Source: Candidatus Kuenenbacteria bacterium (GTDB lineage: Bacteria; Patescibacteriota; Patescibacteriia; UBA2196; GWA2-42-15). From it: a DNA stretch of 60,339 nt. The position numbers and the translations under genes are program-made. Under the pieces are notes generated by a model. It made no database searches. It had not been told where the DNA came from and worked only from the letters and a program-made list of their open reading frames with translations. Position 1 is the stretch's first letter; every line of letters begins with the position of its first letter. Where the stretch lies: the NCBI GenBank assembly GCA_012797775.1, contig JAAZOM010000023.1:1-60339 (forward strand), in the 5' to 3' direction. Shown in pieces: positions 1-9,427 of this stretch.

Positions 1-69
1 AAACAATTTTCAATTCCTTTTAAGAAAAATTTGGCGGGCGGGCGTTAAAAAATTGAAAGAAAATTGTTT
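1..69. repeat. Interrupted inverted repeat enclosing a GC-rich core. It is an edge copy of the heptamer/hairpin intergenic element family.
   Basis: AAACAATTTT (1-10) pairs with AAAATTGTTT (60-69) and CAATT (11-15) with AATTG (51-55). The core is TTGGCGGGCGGGCGTT (31-46). The 14-mer at 1-14 is identical to 51066-51079. Confidence 0.45.
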
Positions 70-207
70 TGCTTTGCTCGCCGAGTTTCGGCGGGCGGAA
101 ACGCGGAGCGGAGCTAATCAAGCATTTTCCGTTCAAAAAAGTTCGAGCTTCGTTCAGTAATTGCGACCAATTATTTATTATCCTGGTTGATAAGACCCAA
201 TCTGGCC

Positions 208-1173
208 ATGAATATTTTTTATCCGGTTAAAATTTTTTCTGAATGGGTTTGTTTTCGCCTTCTAGGCCTTGACAGCTCGTCATCTATTGGGGAGGTTGTC
301 AGTTATTTTTTTTACGACAGCATCAAGATTGCCATCCTTCTTTTGGTTATTATTACTTTCATTTCTTTTGTTCGTTCCTATCTTCCGCCAGAAAAGATAA
401 AAAAAATATTAACCCAACGCTTTCAACTGGCCGGCCATGTCTTGGCGGCCTTTTTGGGCATTGTCACTCCTTTTTGTTCTTGTTCCGCGGTCCCGCTCTT
501 TATCGGCCTGGTTGAAAGCGGCGTACCCTTGGGCGTGACTTTTTCTTATCTTGTTTCCGCACCCATGGTCAACGAGGTGGCCGCTGTTTTATTGCTGGGT
601 CTTTTTGGTTGGAAAGTGGCCCTTATTTATATTATTTCGGGGGTGGTTATTGCTGTTGTCACCGGTTTTATCATCGGGCGTCTTCGGTTGGAAAATTTAT
701 TAGAAAAATATGTTAATCAGGGAAAAAATTTTTCCAGTCAGAGCAACTCGCCACAAAAAATAAAAGTTCGTTTGAGTGAGGCCTGGCAATACTCTTGGGG
801 TTTGTTTTTAAAAATTTTTCCCTATGTTCTAGTCGGTATTGGTTTTGGCGCAACTATCCATGGCTATGCGCCGGAAAATATTTTAGCCACTTTAGCCGGC
901 AAGCGTAATTTTTTAGCCGTGCCTGTCGCCGTTATTGTTGGGGTGCCACTTTATTCCAACGCCGCCGGCATTGTGCCGGTTGTCGTTTCTCTTATTGAGA
1001 AGGGCTTACCGCTAGGTACAGCCCTGGCTTTTATGATGGCTGTCACCGCCTTATCTTTACCCGAGATGATTATTTTGCGCAAGGTCTTGAAATTCAAATT
1101 ATTGGCTATTTATGTTACGGTTTTGACACTCGGGATAATTTTTACCGGCTATCTGTTCAACTGGATAATTTAG
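208..1173 (+). CDS. Integral membrane permease, ArsP/YraQ-type predicted permease family
   Basis: ORF 187..1173, with the first ATG at 208. It has many hydrophobic helices and the FCSCSAVP motif typical of this family (from memory). There is no SD. Confidence 0.65.
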   Translation: MNIFYPVKIFSEWVCFRLLGLDSSSSIGEVVSYFFYDSIKIAILLLVIITFISFVRSYLPPEKIKKILTQRFQLAGHVLAAFLGIVTPFCSCSAVPLFIGLVESGVPLGVTFSYLVSAPMVNEVAAVLLLGLFGWKVALIYIISGVVIAVVTGFIIGRLRLENLLEKYVNQGKNFSSQSNSPQKIKVRLSEAWQYSWGLFLKIFPYVLVGIGFGATIHGYAPENILATLAGKRNFLAVPVAVIVGVPLYSNAAGIVPVVVSLIEKGLPLGTALAFMMAVTALSLPEMIILRKVLKFKLLAIYVTVLTLGIIFTGYLFNWII

Positions 1174-1219
1174 TTTATTTTTGTTAATCTTATTCTATCG
1201 ATCGTTTTTTCAAATCTTT

Positions 1220-2155
1220 ATGCTCACTCGAGGCAATAATTCCAAGCCCAATTTAGTGGTTTTCCAAAAAGAATACTTTTTTGTCATGATGTCCGGCATT
1301 ATTTCTGGCGCCATTATTTTCAGTGGACAGATTTTTGCCAATCTCGGTCTGTCTCTTTTTGAAGTATCAACCCTACCATTTATTGGAGCGGTGGCCGTGC
1401 TTTTCCCTTTTATCTTATTCAACAAAAAATATAGTTACAAAACAAAAAACATCCCGCTATTATTCCTCTATGGGCTTATTTTTGCTCTTTGTTCTTTGAC
1501 ACAATTTGGTGGTTTATTTTTTGGTGTGCCTATAGCTATCGTTGTACTCCTACTTTATACTCAGCCGTTCTGGACCACGCTCACCAGCGCTTTGATTTTA
1601 AAAGAGAAAATTTCCCGCCGGGAAATAATCTCGGTCTTACTTGTCCTCCTCGGCGTTTTTATTTTATTAAATCCGCAGGACATATCAACCATCGGCCAGC
1701 CGCTTGGCCTCGCCATCGCCATTCTCGGCGGCATTGCTCTTTCCGGCTGGGTATCTGTTGGCAGCCTTTTATCCAAGCGGGGCAATGATCCAGTCAATAG
1801 CTTCTTCACTGGAGAAATTCTCCTATTAATTTTTTTAGCCCTATTCTACCCCATTCTTAGGTTGGCTACTCAGGATCAATCTATAATTCATTTTACCTTT
1901 TCATGGCCTTTTTGGATTTGGATTTTTTTTATTATTTTTAGTCTCATTACCCAAATCGCCAATAATCTCTTTTTTCTCTACGGCGTCAAAAAAGTTTCTG
2001 CAGTCAAAGCTGGCGTGATTATGCTCTTGGAACCGGTTAGCGGCACCACCCTAGCCGCGCTTTTCCTCGACCAGCCAATTACTGCCAATATAATTATTGG
2101 GGGTTTATTTATTATTCTAGCCAATTATCTGGTCATTACCCAAAAAAATCAATAG
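1220..2155 (+). CDS. EamA/DMT-superfamily transporter
   Basis: ORF 1181..2155, with the first ATG at 1220. About ten hydrophobic segments form two similar halves. Confidence 0.6.
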   Translation: MLTRGNNSKPNLVVFQKEYFFVMMSGIISGAIIFSGQIFANLGLSLFEVSTLPFIGAVAVLFPFILFNKKYSYKTKNIPLLFLYGLIFALCSLTQFGGLFFGVPIAIVVLLLYTQPFWTTLTSALILKEKISRREIISVLLVLLGVFILLNPQDISTIGQPLGLAIAILGGIALSGWVSVGSLLSKRGNDPVNSFFTGEILLLIFLALFYPILRLATQDQSIIHFTFSWPFWIWIFFIIFSLITQIANNLFFLYGVKKVSAVKAGVIMLLEPVSGTTLAALFLDQPITANIIIGGLFIILANYLVITQKNQ

Positions 2156-2196
2156 ACCATAAAAATAGCAATGAATTATAAATTAACAACATAAAT

Positions 2197-2325
2197 ATGG
2201 AAGAAAAATGCCAGGCTTGCGGTATGCCCCTAGATGAAAACACAAAATGCTCCTGCAGGCCAGATCTGTGCTGTTATTGCTGTGAGTGTGGGGATGAATG
2301 CAAGTGTGGTTGCCGGGAGAAATAG
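2197..2325 (+). CDS. Cys-rich 42-aa protein (13 Cys), metallothionein-like or zinc-ribbon-like
   Basis: Hand-translated ATG..TAG gives MEEKCQACGMPLDENTKCSCRPDLCCYCCECGDECKCGCREK. It is too short for the ORF track and is intergenic between the DMT transporter gene and rarA. Confidence 0.4.
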   Translation: MEEKCQACGMPLDENTKCSCRPDLCCYCCECGDECKCGCREK

Positions 2326-2405
2326 CAGATCATTAAAACATAAAAACATGAAAGCATTAAAGCAACTCTTGTTTTAGTGTTTTTATGCTTTAATAGTCTT
2401 GTCCT

Positions 2406-3671
2406 ATGGACCTTTTCGACCACCAAATGAATAAAAATCTTCAATCCAGTGCACCGCTGGCTGATCGCCTGCGCCCACGGTCTTTGGATGAGTTTTTGGG
2501 CCAAGAGGGGATTGTCGGCCCCGGCACCCTGCTCCGCCGCGCTATTGAGGCCGATGATCTACCCTCGATGATCTTCTGGGGGCCGCCGGGCTCTGGCAAA
2601 ACCACCTTGGCCTCCGTCATCGCCAAGATGACCAATTCTTATTTTGTAGAGCTGTCTGGTGTCACTGCCGGGCTCAAAGATTTGCGCGCCGTAGTAGAAG
2701 AGGCCAAAGAAAGGCGAAAGTACAATAACCAGCGCACGATTCTTTTTGTAGATGAGATTCATCGCTGGAACAAAGCCCAACAGGATGGACTTTTGCCTTT
2801 TGTGGAAAAGGGAATAATTACCCTTATCGGTGCCACCACTGAAAATCCTTCGTTTGAAGTGATCGCCCCTCTACTTTCTCGCTCGCGCGTTTATGTGCTC
2901 AAGCCGCTCACTCCTTTAAATCTGAAAGTTATTATTGATCGCGCTCTCAAGGATGATTCTCGCGGCCTTGGCAAATATCAAGCCAAGATAGACAAGGAGG
3001 CTGAAGATTTTTTGATCAAGTCCAGCTCTGGCGATGCTAGGGTTATTCTCAATGCCCTTGAAGTGGCTGCAAAAAATACCCGCCTAGATAAATCCGGTCA
3101 GCATGTTGTGGATAAAAAATTGATTGAAGAGGCCCTCCAGCACAAGGCTCTGCAGTATGACAAGGCGGGTGATGAACACTACAATGTTATTTCTGCTTTT
3201 ATTAAATCTTTGCGCGGCAGCAGTGTTGACGGGGCGCTTTATTGGTTGGCCAGAATGGTAGAAGCTGGCGAGGATCCTAGGTTTATCGCCCGCCGCATGC
3301 TCATCCTCGCCTCGGAAGATATCGGCAATGCTGACCCCATGGCTCTGGTTGTGGCCAATGCTGTTTTTGAAGCGGTGGACAAAATCGGCTGGCCCGAAGC
3401 CCAGATCAATCTAGCTCAAGGTGTGGTCTATCTGGCCAAGGCACCCAAGTCCAATGCTTCTTATGTTGCGCTGATGAAAGCCAAAGAAGACGTCAAAAAT
3501 ACCCTCAACTTGCCAGTGCCCCTGCACCTGCGCAACGCCCCCACCCACTTGATGAAAGAGCTGGGATATGGTAATAATTATAAATATAGTCACGATTACA
3601 GCCCGGAAGAGGGTAAACAGGATTATCTACCAGAAGAATTGGCTGATCACCAATATTATTTTGAAAAATAG
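2406..3671 (+). CDS. rarA: Replication-associated recombination protein A (AAA+ ATPase, MgsA/RarA)
   Basis: Walker A GPPGSGKTT, Walker B LFVDEIHR, and the C-terminal MgsA-type segment YDKAGDEHYNVISAFIKSLRGS. Confidence 0.9.
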   Translation: MDLFDHQMNKNLQSSAPLADRLRPRSLDEFLGQEGIVGPGTLLRRAIEADDLPSMIFWGPPGSGKTTLASVIAKMTNSYFVELSGVTAGLKDLRAVVEEAKERRKYNNQRTILFVDEIHRWNKAQQDGLLPFVEKGIITLIGATTENPSFEVIAPLLSRSRVYVLKPLTPLNLKVIIDRALKDDSRGLGKYQAKIDKEAEDFLIKSSSGDARVILNALEVAAKNTRLDKSGQHVVDKKLIEEALQHKALQYDKAGDEHYNVISAFIKSLRGSSVDGALYWLARMVEAGEDPRFIARRMLILASEDIGNADPMALVVANAVFEAVDKIGWPEAQINLAQGVVYLAKAPKSNASYVALMKAKEDVKNTLNLPVPLHLRNAPTHLMKELGYGNNYKYSHDYSPEEGKQDYLPEELADHQYYFEK

Positions 3672-3718
3672 AATTAGTTAAAAAATATTGAAACAAAAGC
3701 ACAAAAGGAGGTGTCGTC

Positions 3719-3928
3719 ATGACCAGAGTTCTTGTGAGGCAGGTAACAGATGCCGAAGACTTGGCTCGCGTTGGCCAATTACTGGCCACTTTTCCCCATC
3801 GTGATGGTTTTTTCAATCCGGAGGCTGGCCACAAGATTGTAGAGTTTGGCAAGCGCAAGACCGGACGAAAAGCTGTTCGAAAGCTACGAGAGGCCAGGAT
3901 CAATTTCAAGACCATTTCTACCAACTGA
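3719..3928 (+). CDS. Hypothetical 69-aa protein (GC-richer ORFan cassette, gene 1)
   Basis: GGAGG lies 7 nt upstream of the ATG. G+C is visibly higher than in the flanks. No motif recognised. Confidence 0.5.
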   Translation: MTRVLVRQVTDAEDLARVGQLLATFPHRDGFFNPEAGHKIVEFGKRKTGRKAVRKLREARINFKTISTN

Positions 3929-3941
3929 TAGGGAGGCAACT

Positions 3942-4139
3942 ATGCTGATAGTAAAGGAGGTCAGAGACTTCACCACACTGGGAAGGGTCGACGGTCTCTT
4001 GAGCGGAGCCGGCTTTGCTTTCTCTTCTGTTCTTGACCCCGACACCGGCACAGATACCCTATCCTTTCAGGGGATAGATCAGGAGCAAAAAGCGGCTTTT
4101 CTGCTTATCGACCACGACTTTGCTGTTGTGGCGGCCTAA
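3942..4139 (+). CDS. Hypothetical 65-aa protein (GC-richer ORFan cassette, gene 2)
   Basis: This is the internal ATG of ORF 3846..4139, with GGAGG 5 nt upstream. It starts 13 nt after the stop of the preceding gene. Confidence 0.5.
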   Translation: MLIVKEVRDFTTLGRVDGLLSGAGFAFSSVLDPDTGTDTLSFQGIDQEQKAAFLLIDHDFAVVAA

Positions 4140-4145
4140 AATCTA

Positions 4146-4179
4146 GGGAGAACCCAAAAGGTTCTCCCTTTGTTTTTTG
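4146..4179 (+). terminator. Rho-independent terminator
   Basis: GGGAGAACC-CAAAA-GGTTCTCCC (9-bp stem) followed by TTTGTTTTTTG. Confidence 0.75.
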
Positions 4180-4225
4180 TTCAGATTTGCGCTAGGATAA
4201 TTATAGAATAAGTAAATCAAAATAT

Positions 4226-5287
4226 ATGTTCAAAAAATATCTTTTGGCTTTTCTTTTCTTCTGTGTCTTGGCTGGCGTACTTTTTGTCATCCGTGGCAAT
4301 GAAGATGGCTGGCTGTGTGTTAATGGCGTATGGGTGAAACATGGCAACCCCGAGGCTCCGATGCCCACTTCTGTCTGCGGCGAATCGATTAATACCAACG
4401 AAAATAACCCTGTTGGTCTCGCCAATCCAGCTTCCAAAAACTGCCTTGATCAGGGTGGCCAATTGACCATAAAAAAAGATGAGACTGGCGGTGAATATGG
4501 GGTATGCACCCTCAAAGACGGTAGTGAATGTGAGGAGTGGGCTTTATTTAGACGAGAATGCCAACCCGGGATCAAGGTTATCACACCCCAAAAAGACACA
4601 ACTGTTCAAAGTCCGCTTACGATTACCGGTGAAGCGCGGGGCACCTGGTTTTTTGAAGCCAGTTTCCCAGTCAAATTGGTTGATGAGTTTGATAATATTT
4701 TGGCCACAGGCGTAGCTACAGCCGATCCGCCAGCTGGCGGAGACTGGATGACCGAAGATTATGTTCCATTTAAAGCCGAATTGTCTTTTCCCCTAGCTAT
4801 CACTGACAAGGGTTATTTGCTTTTAAACAAAGACAACCCTTCTGGTTTGCCAGGCAATGATTTGCAGTTAAAAGTTCCCGTGGTCCTGCTCAAGGGCGAA
4901 ACCGAAAAAGTCAAAGTATTTTTCAATAATAACAATCTTGATCCGGAAATTTCCTGCCAAAAAGTTTTCCCAATTGAAAGAGAAATACTAAAAACCCCGG
5001 CTGTAGCCGAGGCAGCCATAAAAGAATTATTAAAAGGACCGAGCCAGGCAGAGAAAGATAACGGTTATTTTTCCAACATTCCCGAGGGTGTTAAAATCCA
5101 AAAATTGACTATAGAAAAAGGCGTCGCCAAGGTTGATTTCGATAAAACTCTAGAGAGTGCGGCTGGCGGTTCCTGTCGTGTATCTGCTGTGCGCGCGGAA
5201 ATCACCGAAACCCTACTACAGTTTTCCACAGTCAAATCCGTAGTCATTTCCATTGATGGCCGTTCTGAGGACATTCTCCAGCCATAA
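4226..5287 (+). CDS. Secreted or anchored multidomain protein (DUF333-like, Gmad2 Ig-like and GerMN-like regions)
   Basis: N-terminal hydrophobic anchor. The NPASKNC..GG..C..ECEEWALFRREC segment resembles DUF333. The later parts resemble Gmad2 and Germane domains (from memory). Confidence 0.65.
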   Translation: MFKKYLLAFLFFCVLAGVLFVIRGNEDGWLCVNGVWVKHGNPEAPMPTSVCGESINTNENNPVGLANPASKNCLDQGGQLTIKKDETGGEYGVCTLKDGSECEEWALFRRECQPGIKVITPQKDTTVQSPLTITGEARGTWFFEASFPVKLVDEFDNILATGVATADPPAGGDWMTEDYVPFKAELSFPLAITDKGYLLLNKDNPSGLPGNDLQLKVPVVLLKGETEKVKVFFNNNNLDPEISCQKVFPIEREILKTPAVAEAAIKELLKGPSQAEKDNGYFSNIPEGVKIQKLTIEKGVAKVDFDKTLESAAGGSCRVSAVRAEITETLLQFSTVKSVVISIDGRSEDILQP

Positions 5288-5442
5288 TAAAAAAGAACCA
5301 AAAGGTTCCTTTTTATAATGAGGGATTTTCCCTCCAGCCTTGAGGCGACGCACGAGCCAGGGTTTTGCTTACCTCTATCTTAAACCCTTATCACCAATTG
5401 TCAATAGCCCAAAATATTATTAGCCATAAATTAATCTTTTTT

Positions 5443-5685
5443 ATGAAAAAACTCCTTACCGCCCAATTTGTTGTCCTACTTATTGGTACGCTTTTTGCCT
5501 GGTTCAATTTTGGCCGCGAGCTTATTAGTTGGTGGAGTAGTGGCACCTGTGAAATTGGCTGCCCCGGCAATATCACCAATCCTTTTCTGACCCCTTGTTT
5601 TGGTGGCGCCATATTTTTTACCATTGCCTTCGTCTTGAGTATTATTATCCTCAAGAAATCAAAGCAGGCAACCCAAAATCAATAA
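5443..5685 (+). CDS. Small membrane protein (80 aa, two hydrophobic helices)
   Basis: ATG 5443 within ORF 5365..5685 gives MKKLLTAQFVVLLIGTLFAWF... plus a second helix. No family recognised. Confidence 0.5.
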   Translation: MKKLLTAQFVVLLIGTLFAWFNFGRELISWWSSGTCEIGCPGNITNPFLTPCFGGAIFFTIAFVLSIIILKKSKQATQNQ

Positions 5686-5703
5686 TTGGTTAATTGTAAA
5701 AAA

Positions 5704-5725
5704 GCGCCTAGTCGGCGCTTTTTTT
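5704..5725. terminator. Bidirectional terminator between convergent genes
   Basis: GCGCC-TAGTC-GGCGC flanked by an A-run and a T7 run. Confidence 0.7.
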
Positions 5726-5727
5726 GC

Positions 5728-8256
5728 TTATATTCTTTGTTCTTCGCCTCCATATTTCCTATAAAACGCCCTTTTCACCATTTCCACCAACAATAGATAA
5801 ATAATTACCAGGCCAAAAACTATCATCAAAATACCAGCCGGCAGAGGGCTGAAACCAAATATTTTGGCCAGAGGGGTAGTGGCGATCATCGTTCCTGCCA
5901 CGACTATGCCGAGAGTTGTTATCAATAAATAACTGCTGGGCCTAGACTGGAGGAAAGGTATTTTTCTAGTGCGGATAATATAGATTACGAAAACCTGAGT
6001 TGCCAGGGACTCTATAAACCACCCAGTCTGGAAATTCGATCCTGACAGGTGAAAAATTGAATACAAAAAGAAAAAAGTCAAAAAATCAAAAAGTGAACTG
6101 ACTGGCCCGAAAACCAACATAAATTTTTTAATAAAAGAAATATTCCAATGCTTTGGTTTTCTTAGGTATTCAGGGTCGACTTTATCACTCGGTATTGATA
6201 ATTGCGATGTATCATAGAGAAAATTGTTCAAAAGTATCTGCCCAGGCAACATCGGGAAAAATGGCAAAAATATTACCGCCCCAACCATGCTAAACATATT
6301 ACCAAAATTGGATGACAAGCCCATCATCATATATTTCATGGTATTCCCAAAAGTCTTTCTGCCTTCTATTACCCCATCCAAAAGTACCCGCAAGCTCTTT
6401 TTTAGTAAAATAATATCTGCTGTTTCTTTGGCTACATCTACGGCATTATCCACCGATATCCCGACATCGGCTCCAAGGAGCACCGGTGAATCATTGATAC
6501 CATCGCCGAGGTAGCCAACTACTTTGCCACTTTTTCGCAAGACCTCAATTATTTTTTCTTTTTGGCTGGGTGAGAGTCTGGCAAAGATAGTATTTTTTTG
6601 AGCCCTGACCGCCAGGGCTTTGTCATCCAGCTTGTTTATATCCAATTCCTCTCCCGATAGTATGCCCTTGATTTTTATCTTTAGATCAGCGCATATTTTT
6701 TTTGTCACCAGCGGACTGTCACCAGTCAGGATTTTTATTTCTATCCCGTGTTGCTCCATTAGGGCAATGGTTTCTTTGACATCTTTTTTGGGCGGGTCAT
6801 AAAAGGCAATAAAGCCGAGCAGCGTCATTGCCGTTTCTTCGCTTTTGGCATAAATTTTTTTGCCACTGGGGACCAATTTTCTGGCCACCCCCAACACCCG
6901 AAAACCCTGTCGGCTCATCTCCTCATACAGTTTTACAATTTTTTTCTCTGCCTCTGGGCTGTTTTTGTATTCCTTGCCACCGCTATAATATGAAGAACAA
7001 ATTTTGAAAATTTCTTCTGGCGCACCCTTGGTGGCCATCAGGGTGCTATTTTTTTCTTTAAAAATAATAGAAGATCTCTTGCGGATAAAATCATAAGGTA
7101 TCTCATCTATTTTCTTCACACCTTTCAGGCTGATATTTTTAAAATCCAGAATTGTTTTATCCAAAATACTCTTTATCCCTGTTTCCAAAGAGCCATTAAT
7201 ATAGGCCAAACGGAGTGTCTCCGGTGATTCTTTGCCTCTCGGGTCAATATATTTGACTATCGTGATTTTATCCTCTGTCAGGGTACCAGTTTTGTCAGTG
7301 CACAGTATGTCCATACTGCCAAAATTTGGGATGGCATTTAGTCTCTTGACGATTACCCCCTTTTTTGACATCGCGATTGAGCCCTTGGACATATTGACGC
7401 TCATAATCATCGGCAAGAGCTCCGGCGTTATCCCCACCGCCACAGCAATAGAAAATACCAAAGAATCAACCAGATTTTTATCATTCCAAGCATTAATCAA
7501 AAAAATCAGGGCTGTCAGTATCAAAATTATTTTAGCTATCAAAAAGCCAAACCTTTTTATCCCAATTTCGAAAGCGCTTGGCTCCTCTTGGCGCACCAAT
7601 CTTTCAGCTATATTTCCGTATTCAGTCTCAGCCCCAGTTTTAATTATTATCACTCTAGCATAGCCAGATATCACATTGGTTCCCGAATAAACCAGATTAT
7701 CACCATGGTCCCTGGTTATTTTTTCTACGGGGAAACTTTCACCCGTCAGGGCTGATTCATTGAAAAAAAAGTCATCGGCTGAAATGATCATTCCATCGGC
7801 TGGTATAATATCACCAGCTGATAGTGAGATGATATCTCCTGGTACCAAATACTTTATTTGGATTTCTTTTTCTCTGGCTTCTCGGATCACTGTCGCTGTC
7901 ACCGTCAGCTTTTTGGCTATTTTTTCAGCCGCCTTTCCAGACTTGTGCTCTTGATAAAAATTTAGAATTACACTCAAAAAAATCATCACCATGATTATCA
8001 CAAAGTTTTTTGTTTCTCCCGTTGCCTCAGAAACCAGTGCCGCTATTATCAATATGATGATTAGTGGATTTTTAAAATAGGAAAAAAACTTGAAGATTGG
8101 CGAAAGCCTCTTTTTTCTATGAATCTCATTGGGGCCATAATTTTTCAGCCGTTCGGCGGCTTCTTTTTCGGTTAACCCAGCTTCACTGGATCGGAGCATT
8201 TTCAAAACATCCTCTACTTTGGTTTTTTTATAATCATCAAGTGCCAAATTTTTCAT
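5728..8256 (-). CDS. mgtA: Mg2+-importing P-type ATPase (MgtA type)
   Basis: DKTGTLT, TGES, TGD and GDGINDSP motifs. The C-terminal LNNFLYDTSQLSIPSDKVDPEYLRKP...FGPVSSLFDFLTF matches MgtA-type pumps (from memory). Confidence 0.85.
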   Translation of the reverse strand: MKNLALDDYKKTKVEDVLKMLRSSEAGLTEKEAAERLKNYGPNEIHRKKRLSPIFKFFSYFKNPLIIILIIAALVSEATGETKNFVIIMVMIFLSVILNFYQEHKSGKAAEKIAKKLTVTATVIREAREKEIQIKYLVPGDIISLSAGDIIPADGMIISADDFFFNESALTGESFPVEKITRDHGDNLVYSGTNVISGYARVIIIKTGAETEYGNIAERLVRQEEPSAFEIGIKRFGFLIAKIILILTALIFLINAWNDKNLVDSLVFSIAVAVGITPELLPMIMSVNMSKGSIAMSKKGVIVKRLNAIPNFGSMDILCTDKTGTLTEDKITIVKYIDPRGKESPETLRLAYINGSLETGIKSILDKTILDFKNISLKGVKKIDEIPYDFIRKRSSIIFKEKNSTLMATKGAPEEIFKICSSYYSGGKEYKNSPEAEKKIVKLYEEMSRQGFRVLGVARKLVPSGKKIYAKSEETAMTLLGFIAFYDPPKKDVKETIALMEQHGIEIKILTGDSPLVTKKICADLKIKIKGILSGEELDINKLDDKALAVRAQKNTIFARLSPSQKEKIIEVLRKSGKVVGYLGDGINDSPVLLGADVGISVDNAVDVAKETADIILLKKSLRVLLDGVIEGRKTFGNTMKYMMMGLSSNFGNMFSMVGAVIFLPFFPMLPGQILLNNFLYDTSQLSIPSDKVDPEYLRKPKHWNISFIKKFMLVFGPVSSLFDFLTFFFLYSIFHLSGSNFQTGWFIESLATQVFVIYIIRTRKIPFLQSRPSSYLLITTLGIVVAGTMIATTPLAKIFGFSPLPAGILMIVFGLVIIYLLLVEMVKRAFYRKYGGEEQRI

Positions 8257-8353
8257 ATTATTTAAATAATGATGATTTTATTTTAACACAAAAAAGAGAG
8301 CTTGTTTATTTTTTGACTTTTTATTTTTAAGGTGAGAGAATAAATTTATATCT

Positions 8354-9355
8354 ATGTTTGATCTGGAAAAATTAAAACAAATTTTATCAGCCGAACCATC
8401 TTTTCGCTTGAGTCAGGCCCTCCGCCTGATTTTTGTTGATTTGCTGGGCACTTGGGCTCCGGCCACGGTTTTCCCCATTGTCTTGAGGGAAAAATTACAG
8501 CAGGAGTTCCCCCTGCCTCTTGATGCCAAAGAGTTTCCTTCCTCTGACGGGCGCACCATCAAAATTTTATTAAAACTAGCCGATGGCCTATCGGTTGAAT
8601 CAGTCTTGATGTCTTATCCGGGGCAGAGAAATACCGTCTGTGTTTCCTCTATGGTTGGCTGTCCCTTGGCTTGCACTTTTTGCGCCACTGGGAAGCTGGG
8701 CTTCCAGCGGAATTTGACCGCAGGAGAAATTGTAGATCAGGTTTTATATTTTAGCCGCTATCTAAAGTCAAAAGGGGGACGGGTAGATAATGTGGTATTT
8801 ATGGGCATGGGTGAGCCATTTTTAAATTATGATAATGTTCTTGAGGCCATTAGGTTTCTCAACAGTAAAGATAGTCTAAATATTGGTGCGCGCCATTTTT
8901 CTATTTCCACGGCCGGCATTCCCGTTGGCATAAAAAAGCTGGCCAAAGAAAACCTGGCAGTCAATCTGGCCGTCTCGCTCCACGCCCCAAATGATCAATT
9001 ACGCGCTAGTCTTATGCCCATTGCCCGGCAATATCCACTGGAGCAAATTTTTCAGGCCGTTGATTACTACCTCAGCGCCAGTCATCGCAAGGTGATGTTT
9101 GAATATCTCTTGATCAAAGACAAAAATGACGGTCCGGCTGCAGCTGAGGCCCTCGCCAAGCTAATAAAGAAAAAGCTCTACCATCTCAACCTGATGACCT
9201 ACAACCTGACTGGCATTTTCGAGTCATCACCGCCGGACCGTTGCCGGATCTTTCAGTCGATTTTGGAAAAGAAAAAAGTCAGTGTCACTTTCCGTCATAG
9301 TTTTGGGGGTGATATCGCCGCCGCTTGTGGTCAGCTCGCCGGTCGGAAAAAATAA
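8354..9355 (+). CDS. rlmN: Radical-SAM 23S rRNA/tRNA adenine-C2 methyltransferase (RlmN/Cfr family)
   Basis: CPLACTFCATG radical-SAM cluster motif, GMGEPFLNYDNV, and a C-terminal Cys in AAACGQL. Confidence 0.85.
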   Translation: MFDLEKLKQILSAEPSFRLSQALRLIFVDLLGTWAPATVFPIVLREKLQQEFPLPLDAKEFPSSDGRTIKILLKLADGLSVESVLMSYPGQRNTVCVSSMVGCPLACTFCATGKLGFQRNLTAGEIVDQVLYFSRYLKSKGGRVDNVVFMGMGEPFLNYDNVLEAIRFLNSKDSLNIGARHFSISTAGIPVGIKKLAKENLAVNLAVSLHAPNDQLRASLMPIARQYPLEQIFQAVDYYLSASHRKVMFEYLLIKDKNDGPAAAEALAKLIKKKLYHLNLMTYNLTGIFESSPPDRCRIFQSILEKKKVSVTFRHSFGGDIAAACGQLAGRKK

Positions 9356-9427
9356 TTTTTTTCAAATAAAAAAGAGACTACATTTACTGTCAGTCCCTTT
9401 TTATTTTTCTCCTATTTTATACAACGT

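Noticed and set aside
1489-1809. ORFs 1489..1788(+) and 1561..1809(-) inside the EamA transporter gene
   Set aside because: They are alternative-frame or antisense ORFs within a gene whose hydrophobic-helix pattern supports the annotated frame.
3846-4139. Long version (97 aa) of the second small ORF after rarA
   Set aside because: The upstream extension overlaps the 3719..3928 gene in another frame. The internal ATG at 3942 has GGAGG at ideal spacing, so the short form is preferred.
5293-5316. GAACC-AAAA-GGTTC hairpin after the 4226..5287 gene, resembling the 4146 terminator core and considered as flanking repeats of a mobile cassette
   Set aside because: Only the 5-bp stem core is shared and the second hairpin is weak. 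Two independent terminator-like hairpins is the simpler explanation.
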